A stretch of DNA of 45,770 nt, counting the filler, from Trichosphaerium sp. ATCC 40318 (lineage: Eukaryota > Protista > Tubulinea): assembly GCA_038496445.1 (NCBI GenBank). It is 2 parts of 2 records of this genome, joined end to end, with 100 filler letters (N's around TTAATTAATTAA, not from the genome) between each part and the next. Parts side by side here need not be neighbours in the genome. Positions count along the whole stretch, not along the records: positions 28,839 to 45,770 come from JALMLS010000252.1; 1 more part is not named here. One strand, given 5' to 3'. The position numbers and the translations under genes are program-made. Below the pieces are notes generated by a model. The model worked only from the letters and a program-made list of their open reading frames with translations. It searched no databases and was not told where the DNA came from. Within the stretch, counting starts at the first letter, position 1. Each line of letters begins with the position of its first letter. Positions 33,311 through 45,770 of this stretch are shown in pieces.

Positions 33311-35348
33311 ATGGCAGAATCGAACAATCCTGTTCAAAGACCTGCCTTAACAAAACAAAAAACTAACCAACACAACACAACGGCTATGCTCTTACGTGGG
33401 CTTCTTACGCCACGCACCCGAGTTTACCAGACGTACCAAGAATATTTAACAGGCACACACAAACTAATTCAACCCAAAAGCAGTCGCAAATGCCAAATAC
33501 GGCGTAATCGAAGGGACCAGAGGCATATTTCGACAACGTCGATTCGTAGATGTACAATTAGTTCTTTGGCTGATATTATGAGCTACAGAGACAGCTACAG
33601 CGAAAAAAAAACTTATAAAGACCCTTTGGATTTGTCTAAGAACGGAAAACGAGAGTACAACGTTACAATTTGTAAGTCAATTTTTACTTTTTTTGACTCA
33701 ACGGTGTGACTAAAAATACCAAGCGTCAACTATAAAGGAAATGTCGAATCACTACGAGAATCAAAACGTATTACAGTCACTCTGGAGTATGGAACCTGAA
33801 AAAGAAATTCCAGATACACTACATGTACCTACTATTTATGCTGCAACCACCAGCGTTTACCATAAGTGTTCGTTTACATTCAAACCCACAAAATCTGACT
33901 TTGTTGAAATTGATATTATTCGAGAAGGTGAGGCTATAACTCCAAACAACAAAGGTAAGTTACTCACTATCACGTGTTGAAAACCGCCCTACCCTTTTTC
34001 ATTATTGTAATTTCAGCAAGTGAATATATGGTTGCTACTACACTCTCAACTGTATTCCAAATCGTAACATTGGTTGTACAGTTAACTCAAGAGTATTTTA
34101 GACTTTTTTTTTTGTTGTTAAGGGTTCTTAAGCTAAGTGCGGTTTTAGCACAGTTTTATACTGAAGCAATGCGCATGTTAATGTACTTACATTATGCAAC
34201 CTATGTACCAATCGGCTATACGGGTAGCGTAAATAGTCTCCGAATATCAGATATAATCTTTAAATTCATAAACCAGTCAGAAGTACCTCTGGATTTATAC
34301 GAAAGGCTTAAATATGATGGAGAATTTGCTACGCTCTACTTTTCGATTTTTTCAAGACATGGTCTTAAGAGTTTGATATTGCACCATGTATTGGTTAATC
34401 TACCAGAATTGCAATGGGCAGAGAAGTTTCCCCGTGTGTGGACCTCTCACAAGTGAGTAGCGATATCACACTTTTTTTTTTCTTTTTCTTATTATATTCT
34501 ACTAGCGAGCCAGTACTGGATTTTCAAATGGATGCAATGAACGTGTGTGTTAGAAGCTTAACCAACTCAAATAGTACATAGCCACTGATTTGATTCTTTT
34601 AGCGTCCACCTTATGAGCATAGAAGTTTGTTTTACGACGAAACATTTGCTAGCATAGAGCTTTCGGTTAAGAGAGTTTTTATCTTCAATCTAAGTATGTG
34701 CTCTATTAATAGACTTGACATATTTCTTTATATATTTAACAATTGAAGATTAATCCTTTCCCCTTTTAATTAATATATTTAGACCGAAAGATGTTGCTTG
34801 GCTATGTCGAGCACATGGACAAACATAATTACTTTAAACTTCATAAAAAATACGGTACTCCTCCTCTTTTTGAGCCTTTTTTTCCACTTGAGGCAAAGAT
34901 TGATTGGATGCGATACTTGTCCCGTTTCAAGCTGATAAGACTACTTCCTCGCAGACTTAGACTGTGGCTATTGCTTGAATGTAGGATTTCACTATGGGAC
35001 CGTGCGAAGGTGCAGATGCTAGAGGAAGTTGTCAAGAAATTGAGATTAGAACAGGAGGAGAAAGGAAAAACGATTAAGAAATTGAGATTAGAATGGGAGG
35101 AGATAAAAAGAAAAAAAGATGAGAAATTGAGATTAAAACTGGAGGAGATAAAAAGAAAAATAGAGGAGAAAGAAAAAAGGAACAAGAAATTGAGATTAGA
35201 ACAGGAGGAGAAAGAAAAAAGGATCAAGAAATTGAGATTAGAACGGGAGGAGATAAAAAGAAAAATAGATGAGAAATTGAGATTAAAACTGGAGGAGAAA
35301 GAAAAAAGGAACAAGAAAATGTTTAAAAACACGAAAACGAAACATTAG
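33311..35348 (+). CDS. Hypothetical multi-exon protein with repeat-derived C-terminal coiled coil
   Basis: Open exons joined by GT-AG introns; last exon is K/E/R/L-rich. Confidence 0.6.
35033..35318 (+). repeat. Coding minisatellite with AGAAATTGAGATTA core units
   Basis: Six copies of the core in a higher-order arrangement, encoding KLRL(E/K)xEE units. Confidence 0.9.
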
Positions 35349-36107
35349 ATCTTGAACAATCTTATAAATAAATCACCTACACGTGACGAGTATAAAAGAG
35401 TATTTAGAACATTGTACATAGTTACATCCTATTGTAGTGATGGTAAACGACTAGAGTCGAGCCGAGTTAAAATCAACTAGTCGACTTTAATTTGTTGATC
35501 AACCCACTCAGTGGCTGAGAAATTGAATAACTTTCAGAAAAAAGCGGGAAGAGTATCACCTTGAGCGCTATGATGACATTGTATTGCTAACATTAGAACA
35601 GGCTATATTTCGTTTTTAATGTAGATGTTCTTTCAAGAAGTGTTGACGGGAACAGCATATTTTTTACCTTGTCAAAGGGAAGACAGTACCATAGACGTTC
35701 AGTGGCTCAGTTGGTCGAAAGTATGGCGTTAGTCGACTATTTAACATCACGTCCATATTGGAGATCCTTTCAAGGTCCTATAACTAGAACGTTGAATTCA
35801 CAATTCTGCTTTGTAGCTTGTTATACCAAGAAATACCACTTGTAACCTAGATGTACTCAAATATTCCAGTACAATAAAATGTGTTGTCACGCCAACAAGC
35901 AGTTTTTTTGCTAATTCTTGGAAGGCTTTATTTCTACCAACTTCAACAAAACTAGACGCTTACAACAGATCGAAAAACTCTGCCGCACCCAATTTATAAG
36001 GTGCTCAGCTATTGTAGCTTTATATGAAACTGACGTTGACCAAATGTCTGTAACAGAAAAAACACGTGTCTTGCTACCAGCAATAATCTTAAACTTGATG
36101 GCATCAA

Positions 36108-36833
36108 ATGGCATCAAAACGAAAGGCACATCATCTTCACCTAAAACTGTCACTGTAAACGTTATTCTAATGAAATCAATAGCTAAACGAAACAACGTTT
36201 GATTCCTGTAGGTTGCTGCACCTCCCAATGGAACTACAGCTCTATATCATTGATTTAGAAAGCGAAATAGATTACAAGTGGCCTTTGCTATCAAAATACA
36301 CGGCAACAACAACAAGATTTGATAGAGACTTGAAAAAGAATGCAAAGTGGATTCAGAAAGGACACCGTTTCAAAATCCTTGTTACTTGGAGTCATGGTCA
36401 AAAACATGGAGAGTACAAGAGTTGGTACCTTAATAGTGATCAAGTGTATGAGGAATACCAGCATGTTAATGGTAAAATTGAAGGAGAGTACAAGGTATGG
36501 TCTTCTCGTGGTGACTTATACAAGAAGTGTCATTATGTTAGAGGTCTGCTTAGTGGAGAATACATAGAGTACGACAAAGGCTCATTGAAAAAGCATTGTC
36601 ATTTTTTAGATGGTAAGGTTGAAGGAGAGTACAAGAAGTGGTACAAGAAAGGACAGTTGCAGGTGCATTGCCATTTTGTGAGTGGTGTAAGGCACGGAAA
36701 GTGCAAAAAGTGGTATGACAATGGTCAGTTGCAGTTTACTGGTTCATATGATAATGGCAGAGTGGATGGAGAATGTAAGTATTGGCGTAGTACTGGTCAG
36801 TTGACCAGAGCATGTACATATAGCAATCGGTAG
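36108..36833 (+). CDS. F-box-like N-terminus plus MORN-variant (MORN_2/YwqK-like) repeats
   Basis: LLHLPMELQLYII followed by repeats such as GQKHGEYKSWY, GKIEGEYKVW, GKVEGEYKKWYKKGQL and GVRHGKCKKWYDNGQL. Short 5' exon and one intron inferred. Confidence 0.8.
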
Positions 36834-36937
36834 ACTGAGCAAACCCTTGCGTTACAGTGGACGACAAAGACTTTCCTCTTCAAAAAAGAGATGACAGTGC
36901 ATAAAATTAAAACAAGTTTTGGTTATTTTTTCTCCAT

Positions 36938-39900
36938 TTATTTTTTTGATTCAACTTCACTAAGTTGCTCAGTGATAGATTCCTCTGATTCCCATTTACG
37001 ATCCCTAAAAGAGGGAATTAATTCACCATAATCTCAACAGTAGTTGACCAGAAAAAACAGAGAAAATATCAAACTACAAAGATAAAAAAAAACGGTCGAA
37101 AAAGTGAATCTTTGCTTTACCTCTTTGATGCTCGCTTAGTTATAAGCTTTCTACTATCCTCTTCATTTGATGCTCTAGAACTTACAATACTGCTCACTAA
37201 TGATGAGCTTTTAAAATGTCTTCTTTTTTTACTTCTGGAGCTCTTTGAAGAAAACAGTTTAGAGTTTTTGTTTAAAAGTGATTTCTTGTCTTACCCTCTT
37301 TGAAGACTGCAACGTAGTCTCTGAGTTTGTTAAGTTATCTGTATCCACGTTAAGATTAAGTGTATCTGCAGCTGTTCTCATTGGTGCTTTTACATTCGTT
37401 GTACGTGTTGAATGAGTTCGTTTTCTTCTTGAGCTGGTACTAATACCATTTTTCAAATCGTTTCCTTGTCTTGAAGCCAAAGATATTTGTCGCACGTGTT
37501 TTTGTTGTTTCTTAGATCCCAATGATAGTCTTTTTGATTTTTTAGCTATTTCAGCTGACTGCTTATCGACTTGTATGTTCATTGTTGCACTACAAATAAA
37601 ATAAATAAAATAATGAAGACATCAAGTCAGTAAGTAAAAACACTCGTTCAACTTTACCCTGCGCTGTTTTTTGTTGGTGGCCAGTTTCGTTTTGGTGTTG
37701 GTGAAGTATTAATGGTGTCTAGATCTTCCACTGTAGCTCTTTTAACTCTAAAAAAAACGAAATAATTAGTCTCCAACGAATGGCATAAGGACTTGACCGT
37801 TTGGTCTTCTTTTTGAAAGGTTTTTTAAATACGTACTTCGGGCTTTCTACTGTAGTTTCTAGTGTTGCGTTTGGGTCAAGAGTATCAGATCGTATGGTAC
37901 TATGCGTATTCGATGCTATGCCTATATCCTCTACAGTACTTGTACCATTTGGAGAAAGTACTGAGCGGATACCAGAGTCAAATGTTCTGATAGGTGATAT
38001 ATCAGGGTTGCTTCCTGAGTTCTGAGTGACGATTTTTGAGGTATACGATAAGAATTTTGATATGAATAAAATACCAATAGTTGTAGCGGACCATATCATA
38101 ATACCTATTAAGCGTGTCAGCGAAAAAAAAAATAGGAATAAAATAAGAAACAAAACTGGAAAAAACACAATCTGGCGTGTGCTAACAACAGAACAAAGAA
38201 AATTGAGCACACCCATAAATTTAAGTATTAATAATATCCTATCAAAGATATCTCAGGCGTTAATAGATACTTGGTGATGAGTAATCACTGTGGTTTTGTA
38301 AAAGTAATCGAAATCAAAAAGTTTCATTTTCTTTTGAACGTACAAACAGCATAAGCGATAAATGTTGACACAAACTCATCTTGCCATAATGCATACAATA
38401 CCCCCGATGTTATAATAAACATAATAATTGATACCAAAGTCTTAAACCAGGTCAAAAAGAACCAAGAATAAAAAAAAAGTACAAAAAATTAACATACAAC
38501 ATATCCAAGGTATCTTGGCTCTCTTGCCCACAAATCTACAGACCTTGCATACCAGCTAAGTGCAGCATTGCACACAAGTATTAAACTCTACTTCAAGTTA
38601 GCTCACATGCTCAAAAAGAGTGACACATACCAAAGCAAAGGCAAGAATCGCAAACCACGTTGCCATTTTCGAATGATAACAAGAAAGTGAAACCAAAGGT
38701 TCTCCACTTCTCTCAACAATAAATTGCTTTGGAGAAAAATCATCTGCTGTAGACGCTACCAGTACCTTCATAACGTAAATTAAATATAACCCACTCACAT
38801 TGACTTACAAGCAAGATTGGATAAAGCGTAGCTAAAGCAATTACACAAGCCAAAATTTGAGGAATTATTTTCTTTTGAACATCTTTGCTGTACAAGGCCA
38901 CTATTAATCTGCCACCTACAGCCCTAATATCATTATTAGATAAAAATAAAGGAATAGTATTACCCCATGCTCAAAGTAAAACCGCATACTGATAACCAAA
39001 GACGAAGGCTACAAGTGAACGTAGTAACTTCTAAATACCTACAAAATTACTTAGCTCAAATCTACTATGATTGTGTCACGTACCAGAAATATATTGATAT
39101 TATTAAGAGAATTGTACCGTTGCAATAAGTGAGCAAAAATACTCCGGATTCGCCAAAGGATGTACGTAATCGTAAGAGAATGACCTAATTGAAAAAAGAA
39201 ACACATTTAGTAAAGTTTCGCCAATTGCTCAAATGTCTGTACCATGCAACAAACAGAAAGTATGCCAATTAACCATATGGTAATAAATACTAACATCACT
39301 ATTCCCTCCACTCTTTCTATTAAAGTATACTCTACAGTAGATTTCAGTGAACTATTAAGAAAGCTCAAGTGGTTTAAAGTTCACGTACCATCAAGGGTTC
39401 CATAACCAATATTATTCAAAGTAGTCGTGAGAGGATTGTTGGATCCAGTAGAAGATGTTAACGTCCATTTACCGTCATATTGGGCAGCCTTCATCCAGGC
39501 ACCGTTAGACCGGTCAAAGTGCCACATAAAAAGTCCGCTCCATTTTAAAGTCAGCCAAACTGTAAAAATTCCTTTCACCGTTTGGTACCTTAATCTTCTA
39601 CTGTCGTTTAAATTTACATGACCACTTTTCCCTTCAATAGATACGCTATTTAAGGTAATTATTGGATCCTCACCAGCCTATGTGTGTAAGCAAAAAAAAA
39701 ATACCAAAAGGAATCTTTTACTTGGTTTTTAAACATCTCATCTAGAAGCTGAATTGTATCATACAGATACCCATACTCGCCGTTTCTACGAAAAACATTA
39801 AAATTGACAAAAGGGAATATCTTAAAAATATCGTACACATCGTCGAAGTTATCTGAGAAGTCACTAAAGTTTTTGGAAAGAACTTCAGTACCAATAATAA

Positions 39901-41045
39901 GTACATTCTGTAAATCATCTTGGGTTAATTTATTTTCCGCTAAAAGTGACTGTCCTTTCATGCGTTATAAATAAATGAAGCTGTCAAAACCATCTAACCT
40001 ATTATTGCTTCAGCTTGTTGACAATATACAACCCAAACATAGTGTTTAGAAGTGAGCTCCAAATCTCTAAAACAACAATCAAAACTTTGGTAAATAATTT
40101 AAGAACAATTTTATAGAAACACCCTTTACCGCACCTTGCTACTCTCAATATACTCAAAAATGCCTGTACATCGTCTGCGATTACTACTCTTATACGTGAC
40201 TGCGCTTTAATGGATATTTCAAGCGCTTCAATAACGTCAGAATCTCTGACTTCGTCAGTGTAAACTACATGCTTTATATTCTCTTTTATAATGGCTTGGC
40301 TTGAATCAAAGCGTTCTATAGCCACTACCAGAGTGTTAATATAGTGCTTACAGCCAAAAAAACACAAAATACGTCTTTGTTCAAAAAACGTGACTAGCAC
40401 GTGCCTTCGCCTGTATTGGGGTATTTAAAAGCAGTTATCACGAACGGTATTCTCCAACCCATAAAAGATGTAAAACTACCCAAAGAAGCCGCAGTATCAA
40501 ATAAAGTAGGTGCTACATTGAAGTAGGAATGGTTTTGATATAATTCTATACTCTGTACAATACTCCAAGGTATCTATTGAGAAAAAGGAAAAAAAATAAG
40601 TTAGGAATCCCAAAAGAAGATTTTATAAACTTGTAATGTCCCACTGCGTACTGTAAGTCTATTGAGTATTTGGACAATTGACGGCAACCCCTCTACTCTA
40701 CTATGTACAATCAAGGCACTGCTGTCATTGGCAAAGTCTGAAATTACTCCCTGAGTACGTATGAGGTCATTTTCTAAAAGTATTTAAAAAAGGACAAGGC
40801 GAATTGTTCGAAAGAAATATAGATGTAAACCGGGTAAGCTTGTATTTGTGCCAGTGTTTGTTATTTGTACCATCTATTTGCCAACAAGATATGTTAGAGT
40901 TTAATTCAGCGTTCAAATTCGATACAATAGCGGCCCAGGGCGAAGAACCAGAGCAACTTGTTGCTACGACACTTATTGTTCCAAATGCACGTGCGGTTGA
41001 TATGTACAGTAGGAAATAAGCCGTAGCTATAAATATGGACGCCAT
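36938..41045 (-). CDS. Class C (GABA-B/Grl-like) GPCR: signal peptide, periplasmic-binding/ANF-type ectodomain, 7TM region and long Ser/Lys-rich tail
   Basis: YFNVAPT...GWR, YGYLYDTIQLL, SIEGKSGHVNL; multiple hydrophobic TM exons with REPRYLGY and ATTIGILFISKF. Confidence 0.7.
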
Positions 41046-41579
41046 ATCACGTCGTGGTTGGGCTCTTTAATAGTATTGTGCCGCTTAAAATGTGCGTAAA
41101 GCAAAACACAATTAAGACGGGAAAAAAAATGGTAATAATAGATGACGACACATGTAAAGCGTGGATTTATGGTAGTTCCATAAAATCTGACGCTATCTAC
41201 TCTTATAAAACTTGTGGAAAGGTAGAATTGCGAAACATTTATACTGAAACAAAGTAAGCGCTCGTACACTTGCTTTCAAGATGCAAAATGCAGAGTGTGT
41301 CAACCATAACTGTCAACCCAACTATTGCCATGACATACACAGAGGCCGCAAGACCAGGCGAAAAAGCATATAGATGCCTAGAAAGGCGTACTATGATCAA
41401 AGTACACCAAACGTTGAGAAAAAGACCACTGAAGTTAATTATATACGTGTGCAAGCCGCAAGGGATATCCTACGTTAGTTATTCAAGTAAAATAAGCGTT
41501 ACTTAACCGTTTGGTGGCAAGACAATTCAATAAAGTTCCGTGCGCTCTAAACCGCAACGTAATAGCATAATTTCGCGCA

Positions 41580-42826
41580 ATGGGTATTTATTTGTGCTGT
41601 GACGTTGCGTTCTAAAAAATTCTGTAGGTTCGCTTTTCGGTAAGTTGTTTGATGGTATCTGGGGTAACAAGGAAGTGCGCATATTAATTCTAGGCTTGGA
41701 TAGCGCCGGCAAGACTGTAAGTTGTTCAAATTGAGCCAAACTGATTAGTTTAGACAATACTGTATCAATTACACTGCGGTGAAGTGGTCACAACAATACC
41801 TAGTACGTTTTACAATTTACCATTAACAAACCTCGCTAATCGCGTCTTTAGCCATAGGATTTAATGTGGAAACGGTGGTGTATAAAAATATAAAGTTTCA
41901 AGGTAAGCAGACAATCCATCATTGTTTAAAAACACTAACGGGCAATAGTTTGGGATCTTGGAGGGTGCGTTGTACTTTTTACCTACAAAACATACAACAC
42001 GTTGTCAAATAATCAAAATCCTCAATTTATGCGTAAACGCTGTACAGCTAGCACTTGCGCTTCGTATACTTCTATTTGCTAAACGAGCAATTAGCCAAAC
42101 AAGTATTCGCCCTTATTGGCGGTGCTACTATGAGAACCAACCGACACATGGTATAATATACGTTATTGATAGTGCAGATACTGATAGGTTGGCAACGTCG
42201 AGAGAGGAGCTTCATAACTTATTAGCTGTACGTTTTTAACATGGATTTGTTTCTGACGTATTTTTTTTTCTTTCTCTTTGAAATGGAGCTCTACACGACT
42301 CTTATTCATACACATTACCTTGTTTGTTTTACTACAATTAATACTGACTGTATGCTATTAAATTGAGTAGCTGACGAGCTCTTGATATGTTTTTTTTAGA
42401 AAGATTATGCGAAATTTATTCATGTTGACATTTCTTTTAGGAGGAAGAACTACAAGGTGTCAAGCTACTTATTTTTGCTAATAAACAAGATTTATCTGGT
42501 GCTATGTCAGTAGCAGCTGTTAGTGAAGGATTAGGTCTAACAGAAATAAAAGACAGGCAAGAGATTATTTATTTTTTGCTCTTCGACAAAAACTTAAAAA
42601 AATCAGTCACTCACGCTTTTAATAGGCAATGGGCAATTTTTAAATCATCTGCAATTAAAGGTGAAGGTCTATACGAGGGTTTAGACTGGTAAGTTTCACG
42701 TATAAATGACTAAGAGTGACATTGGTTTTTTTATTTTTTTTTTCAAAAGACTTATACGACACGATTACGTCCTGATTTTTGCGTTTTAGGATGGTAAGCG
42801 CCATAAACAATACTATTAAAAGCTAG
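41580..42826 (+). CDS. ARL1: ADP-ribosylation factor-like protein 1, 9 exons
   Basis: MGSLFGKLF...[63 protein letters not shown]...FANKQDL...[21 protein letters not shown]. Confidence 0.95.
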
Positions 42827-43332
42827 AAAAGCAACTGCACCCACTCAGATTAATTTTCTGTCTTTTTTGTTCAAAAAACACTAAAGAATTGCCACCATCC
42901 ACTTCCAGACCATCGATGAACACTAAATTTATGGTTTTTATCGTTGATACCTAACTCTCTAATCACGTAAAATATGCTCTGTAAAAATAAACAAAACACA
43001 AATGTTTGTCACAGTAATACAAGCAGCTTGTTTTCGTTTAGTATATTCAGTACCAACAATACGCAACTGGAAATTAAACGAAGCAATCTAGAAAAGGATT
43101 TATACGCCGTAGTAAGTGGTGTATATGCGTCACAAGGCTCCCGCTGTTTGGTAACCCTGAGAATACCTTTCTTGGCCGGTATCTTGTAGTTTCCCTGAGA
43201 AATATTGGAGACGTGTTATCAACCGCTTATTGGGCGGCTAACGAGTTGCATATCCATTTTTGTAGTTTGCTTAACAGCTTTCTGTTAAGGAGTTGGGAAA
43301 TGTCATTTTCCAGTTGATAAACAACGTATAAA

Positions 43333-44280
43333 ATGCCAGCAAGCGCAGCAGAACTAGAAAATGTCAAAACAGTTAATAACGCTGTTGGTTGGTTAAATTA
43401 CTTCCTAATGACGCTTTGCTTTGTCGCATTGATCCAATCACCACTTTGTACAGCGACTATCGTCAACGTTATATTACAAACACTTGTTTTCTTGTACTGC
43501 GCTGCAATTCCATCCTATCGCACTGGTATAATGTCGTGGGTCGATCTAGCATGGCCTTGGGGCCTTGTAGCCATGGGCGTACAACAGATATTCTGGACAG
43601 CCCGAAACGGTCATTTTGCCAAAGGATACGTTTTCTCTGCTTGTTACCTTCTCGCTGGACTAAGAATGGGTTTACCTATGCGAGGGTATGTTGTTTACAG
43701 TAAAGGGAAGATATCAGAGTTCAAGAGATATCAATTTCATAAAATGTTATGGAAAGAAGAGCACGGAGAAGGATTTCTTGATACATTCCAAGGAAAAATG
43801 CATATGCAAAAAGATATTTGGTATCAAGCTTTATTGAATATCACTCTGTTGGGATTGCCAAGCTATATCATTGCTGCTGATACAACAACTAATTTTAGCA
43901 CATTCGAAATGGTTGGTATTTTTTTATGGATTTTCGGTTTTGCTTTTGAGCACGTGGGTGATTTACAAAAGAAGGCTTTTATAAAAAAGAACCGTGGAGG
44001 CATTTGTAATGTTGGTTTATGGAGGTATACTAGACACCCAAACTATTTCGGAGAATGGATGGTTTGGAACGGACTTATCATCGCTTCTATACCTTCTGCC
44101 TTAAGGTTGTTAAGTGGATGGCAAGGTGCTGTCATTGCTGGTTGTTTGTTTTATGTTAGCCCAGCTATATATCATATTCTTGTATACTTTACAGGCGCTT
44201 TTCCTGCTGAATATATGTCAAAAAGAGAAGGTTGGGAAGAGTATAAAGCCAAAACCAGTATGTTCTTTCCAAGCTGTTGA
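43333..44280 (+). CDS. DUF1295 / steroid 5-alpha-reductase-like membrane protein, intronless
   Basis: MSWVDLAW, FEHVGDLQKKAF, GLWRYTRHPNYFGEWMVW, YKAKTSMFFP. Confidence 0.9.
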   Translation: MPASAAELENVKTVNNAVGWLNYFLMTLCFVALIQSPLCTATIVNVILQTLVFLYCAAIPSYRTGIMSWVDLAWPWGLVAMGVQQIFWTARNGHFAKGYVFSACYLLAGLRMGLPMRGYVVYSKGKISEFKRYQFHKMLWKEEHGEGFLDTFQGKMHMQKDIWYQALLNITLLGLPSYIIAADTTTNFSTFEMVGIFLWIFGFAFEHVGDLQKKAFIKKNRGGICNVGLWRYTRHPNYFGEWMVWNGLIIASIPSALRLLSGWQGAVIAGCLFYVSPAIYHILVYFTGAFPAEYMSKREGWEEYKAKTSMFFPSC

Positions 44281-45399
44281 AAAAAAAAAAAAACCAATAA
44301 ACTCACACCAATTTTTTTGTCTACCCATGGTTGTTGCGTACTCTTAACAATCTATTAATTATTAGTTAGTTTTCCATTTGTACTGAGCATAACGTTGTAA
44401 GAAGTTGTAGATTGCTCATTACAGATGGAAAACTAAGTTGTTGCTTTCGGGTTTTAGTTGTGGTATAGTAACGTAATGTGAGTTTACCAGGTAACTCACG
44501 TTTTATAAATCAGTGAATTGTGTGTTCAGTAAACTTAGTCTTCAATTCAAGGCAATCGTAGGCATTGGCTCACATCTGATTTATTCCCTAAAGATGGTAT
44601 GTTGTGGCATCCAGTAATCGATAATAAGTTGTGGGACAATGGACTTAGCTGGAATCCAAAATCTGGAATTTTTTTAGTAAATGGTGTATTGCTATACAAA
44701 TATTCCTTGTCTAGACTGCGCTTGTAATTACAATTGCGAGAATAGTCTTATTAAACGGTATTTAAAGAATGAGTTAAACTAAACTTGCTTGCTAATCACT
44801 AACAGCTTTTCAGTAGCACAGTGATTTTTACATTGCGTACAGTTTTCTTAAATCACGTGACATTTCAGGCGTTTGAACGGGCTGGAATGATCCAACTAAG
44901 CCAAGTAACCACCCAAAGCACTTTATACGATAGCAAGCAGAAATCACCCACCCGACCACTTGAAAACTTTTCATTTGAAAAAAAAAACTACAACATTTTG
45001 TTGTTTTTGAGCAAATATCGTCTCGCAAAGGATTGGTCTAAACACTGCAGGTAGTATACAAACCACTCAAGCATTATTATTGTACAATGTGATTAGTTAG
45101 TACATGCAAGTAAGACAAGTTTCAAAGACAATATTAAGATTCATTCATGTTCTTTATTTTCACATTGAAAATTATGAGAATACCGAGATTCTTAGAACGC
45201 CTCTCGCAAAAACACTGTCCCGAACATCAACTTTTCCTACACCAACATCAAATTAGTCTATTTCATAGTATAATGCCATGGTAGTGCTGTACACAATAAC
45301 AAGTATTAGTGCATGGTCGAGTTATACTTTTAATGTCTTAATTCACCTGAAAATGAAGAACATGTGAACGAGTGAGTGGAGTGTTAAAACCAAACAAAA

Positions 45400-45770
45400 C
45401 CAAACTGCAAAACAACAATGACCACTTATCCTATTCAAATACCTCTCATATTGATCTTGCTTTCTTCCTTTGTGATTGCTTCAATTGCTGTACGAGAAAT
45501 ACAATGTTATATCTATACCAATAACTCCATTGTAGGGCTCGTGCAGCTGTAGCGTCGAATCTAACATGTGTTTACCAACGTCTTTCACAGACAGCTGTGA
45601 TACTGGAGAAGTACCAGTTTGTATTGGCGATCCACCAGGTACTTAATACTGTCGTTGGAATGCTTATTTATTATGTAGGTGATCCGTTCAAGCGATCTAA
45701 ACGCGAACCTATTTGCAGATGTATATGTGTAGAAATTCCTAATCCGCCACCAACAAAAGCTCCAACACAA
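45400..45770 (-). CDS. Internal exons of a probable membrane protein running off the window
   Basis: Short exons CVGAFVGGGLGISTHIHLQI, LSTWWIANTN and FDATAARALQWSY bounded by GT/AG; 3' end unresolved. Confidence 0.35.

Noticed and set aside
35033-35318. CRISPR-like repeat-spacer array
   Set aside because: The spacers are themselves repetitive and in-frame coding; eukaryotic context with no cas genes.
35479-35740. tRNA A-box-like TGGCTCAGTTGGT and AGTCGACT-bounded possible MITE/SINE
   Set aside because: No B-box or cloverleaf, and the inverted similarity is too patchy to call.
1-45770. Alternative genetic code (stop reassignment)
   Set aside because: Intact genes end in TGA, TAA and TAG, and long ORFs lack internal stops. 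In-frame stops occur only in introns or decayed elements.

Overview
AT-rich, intron-dense eukaryotic DNA with ~35-70 nt GT-AG introns and the standard genetic code. Gene content (several divergent Rho/Rab/Arf GTPases, a class C GPCR, a filamin-like repeat, F-box proteins) suggests an amoeboid protist; this is inference. An artificial N44-TTAATTAATTAA-N44 linker at 28739-28838 joins two contigs. The left 16 kb is rich in transposable elements: a decayed SWIM/CxC (possibly KDZ/Zisupton-like) gene, a piggyBac pseudogene, and an apparently intact ~7.5 kb non-LTR retrotransposon. The retrotransposon has an RRM ORF1, an APE-RT-RNase H-CCHC ORF2, a highly structured 3' end and an (AAAAC)n tail. The most striking observation is that this LINE appears to carry host-style spliceosomal introns, one in ORF1 and one or two at the ORF1/ORF2 junction, although the unspliced RNA is also translatable through an AUGA stop/start overlap. 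Other notable items are a TA-target MITE that splits a Rab1-like exon but supplies an in-frame ATG from its TIR, a filamin-DUF1917 fusion gene, two GC-AG introns and a pre-miRNA-like hairpin. All domain calls are from motif recognition by eye, and exon models are manual.
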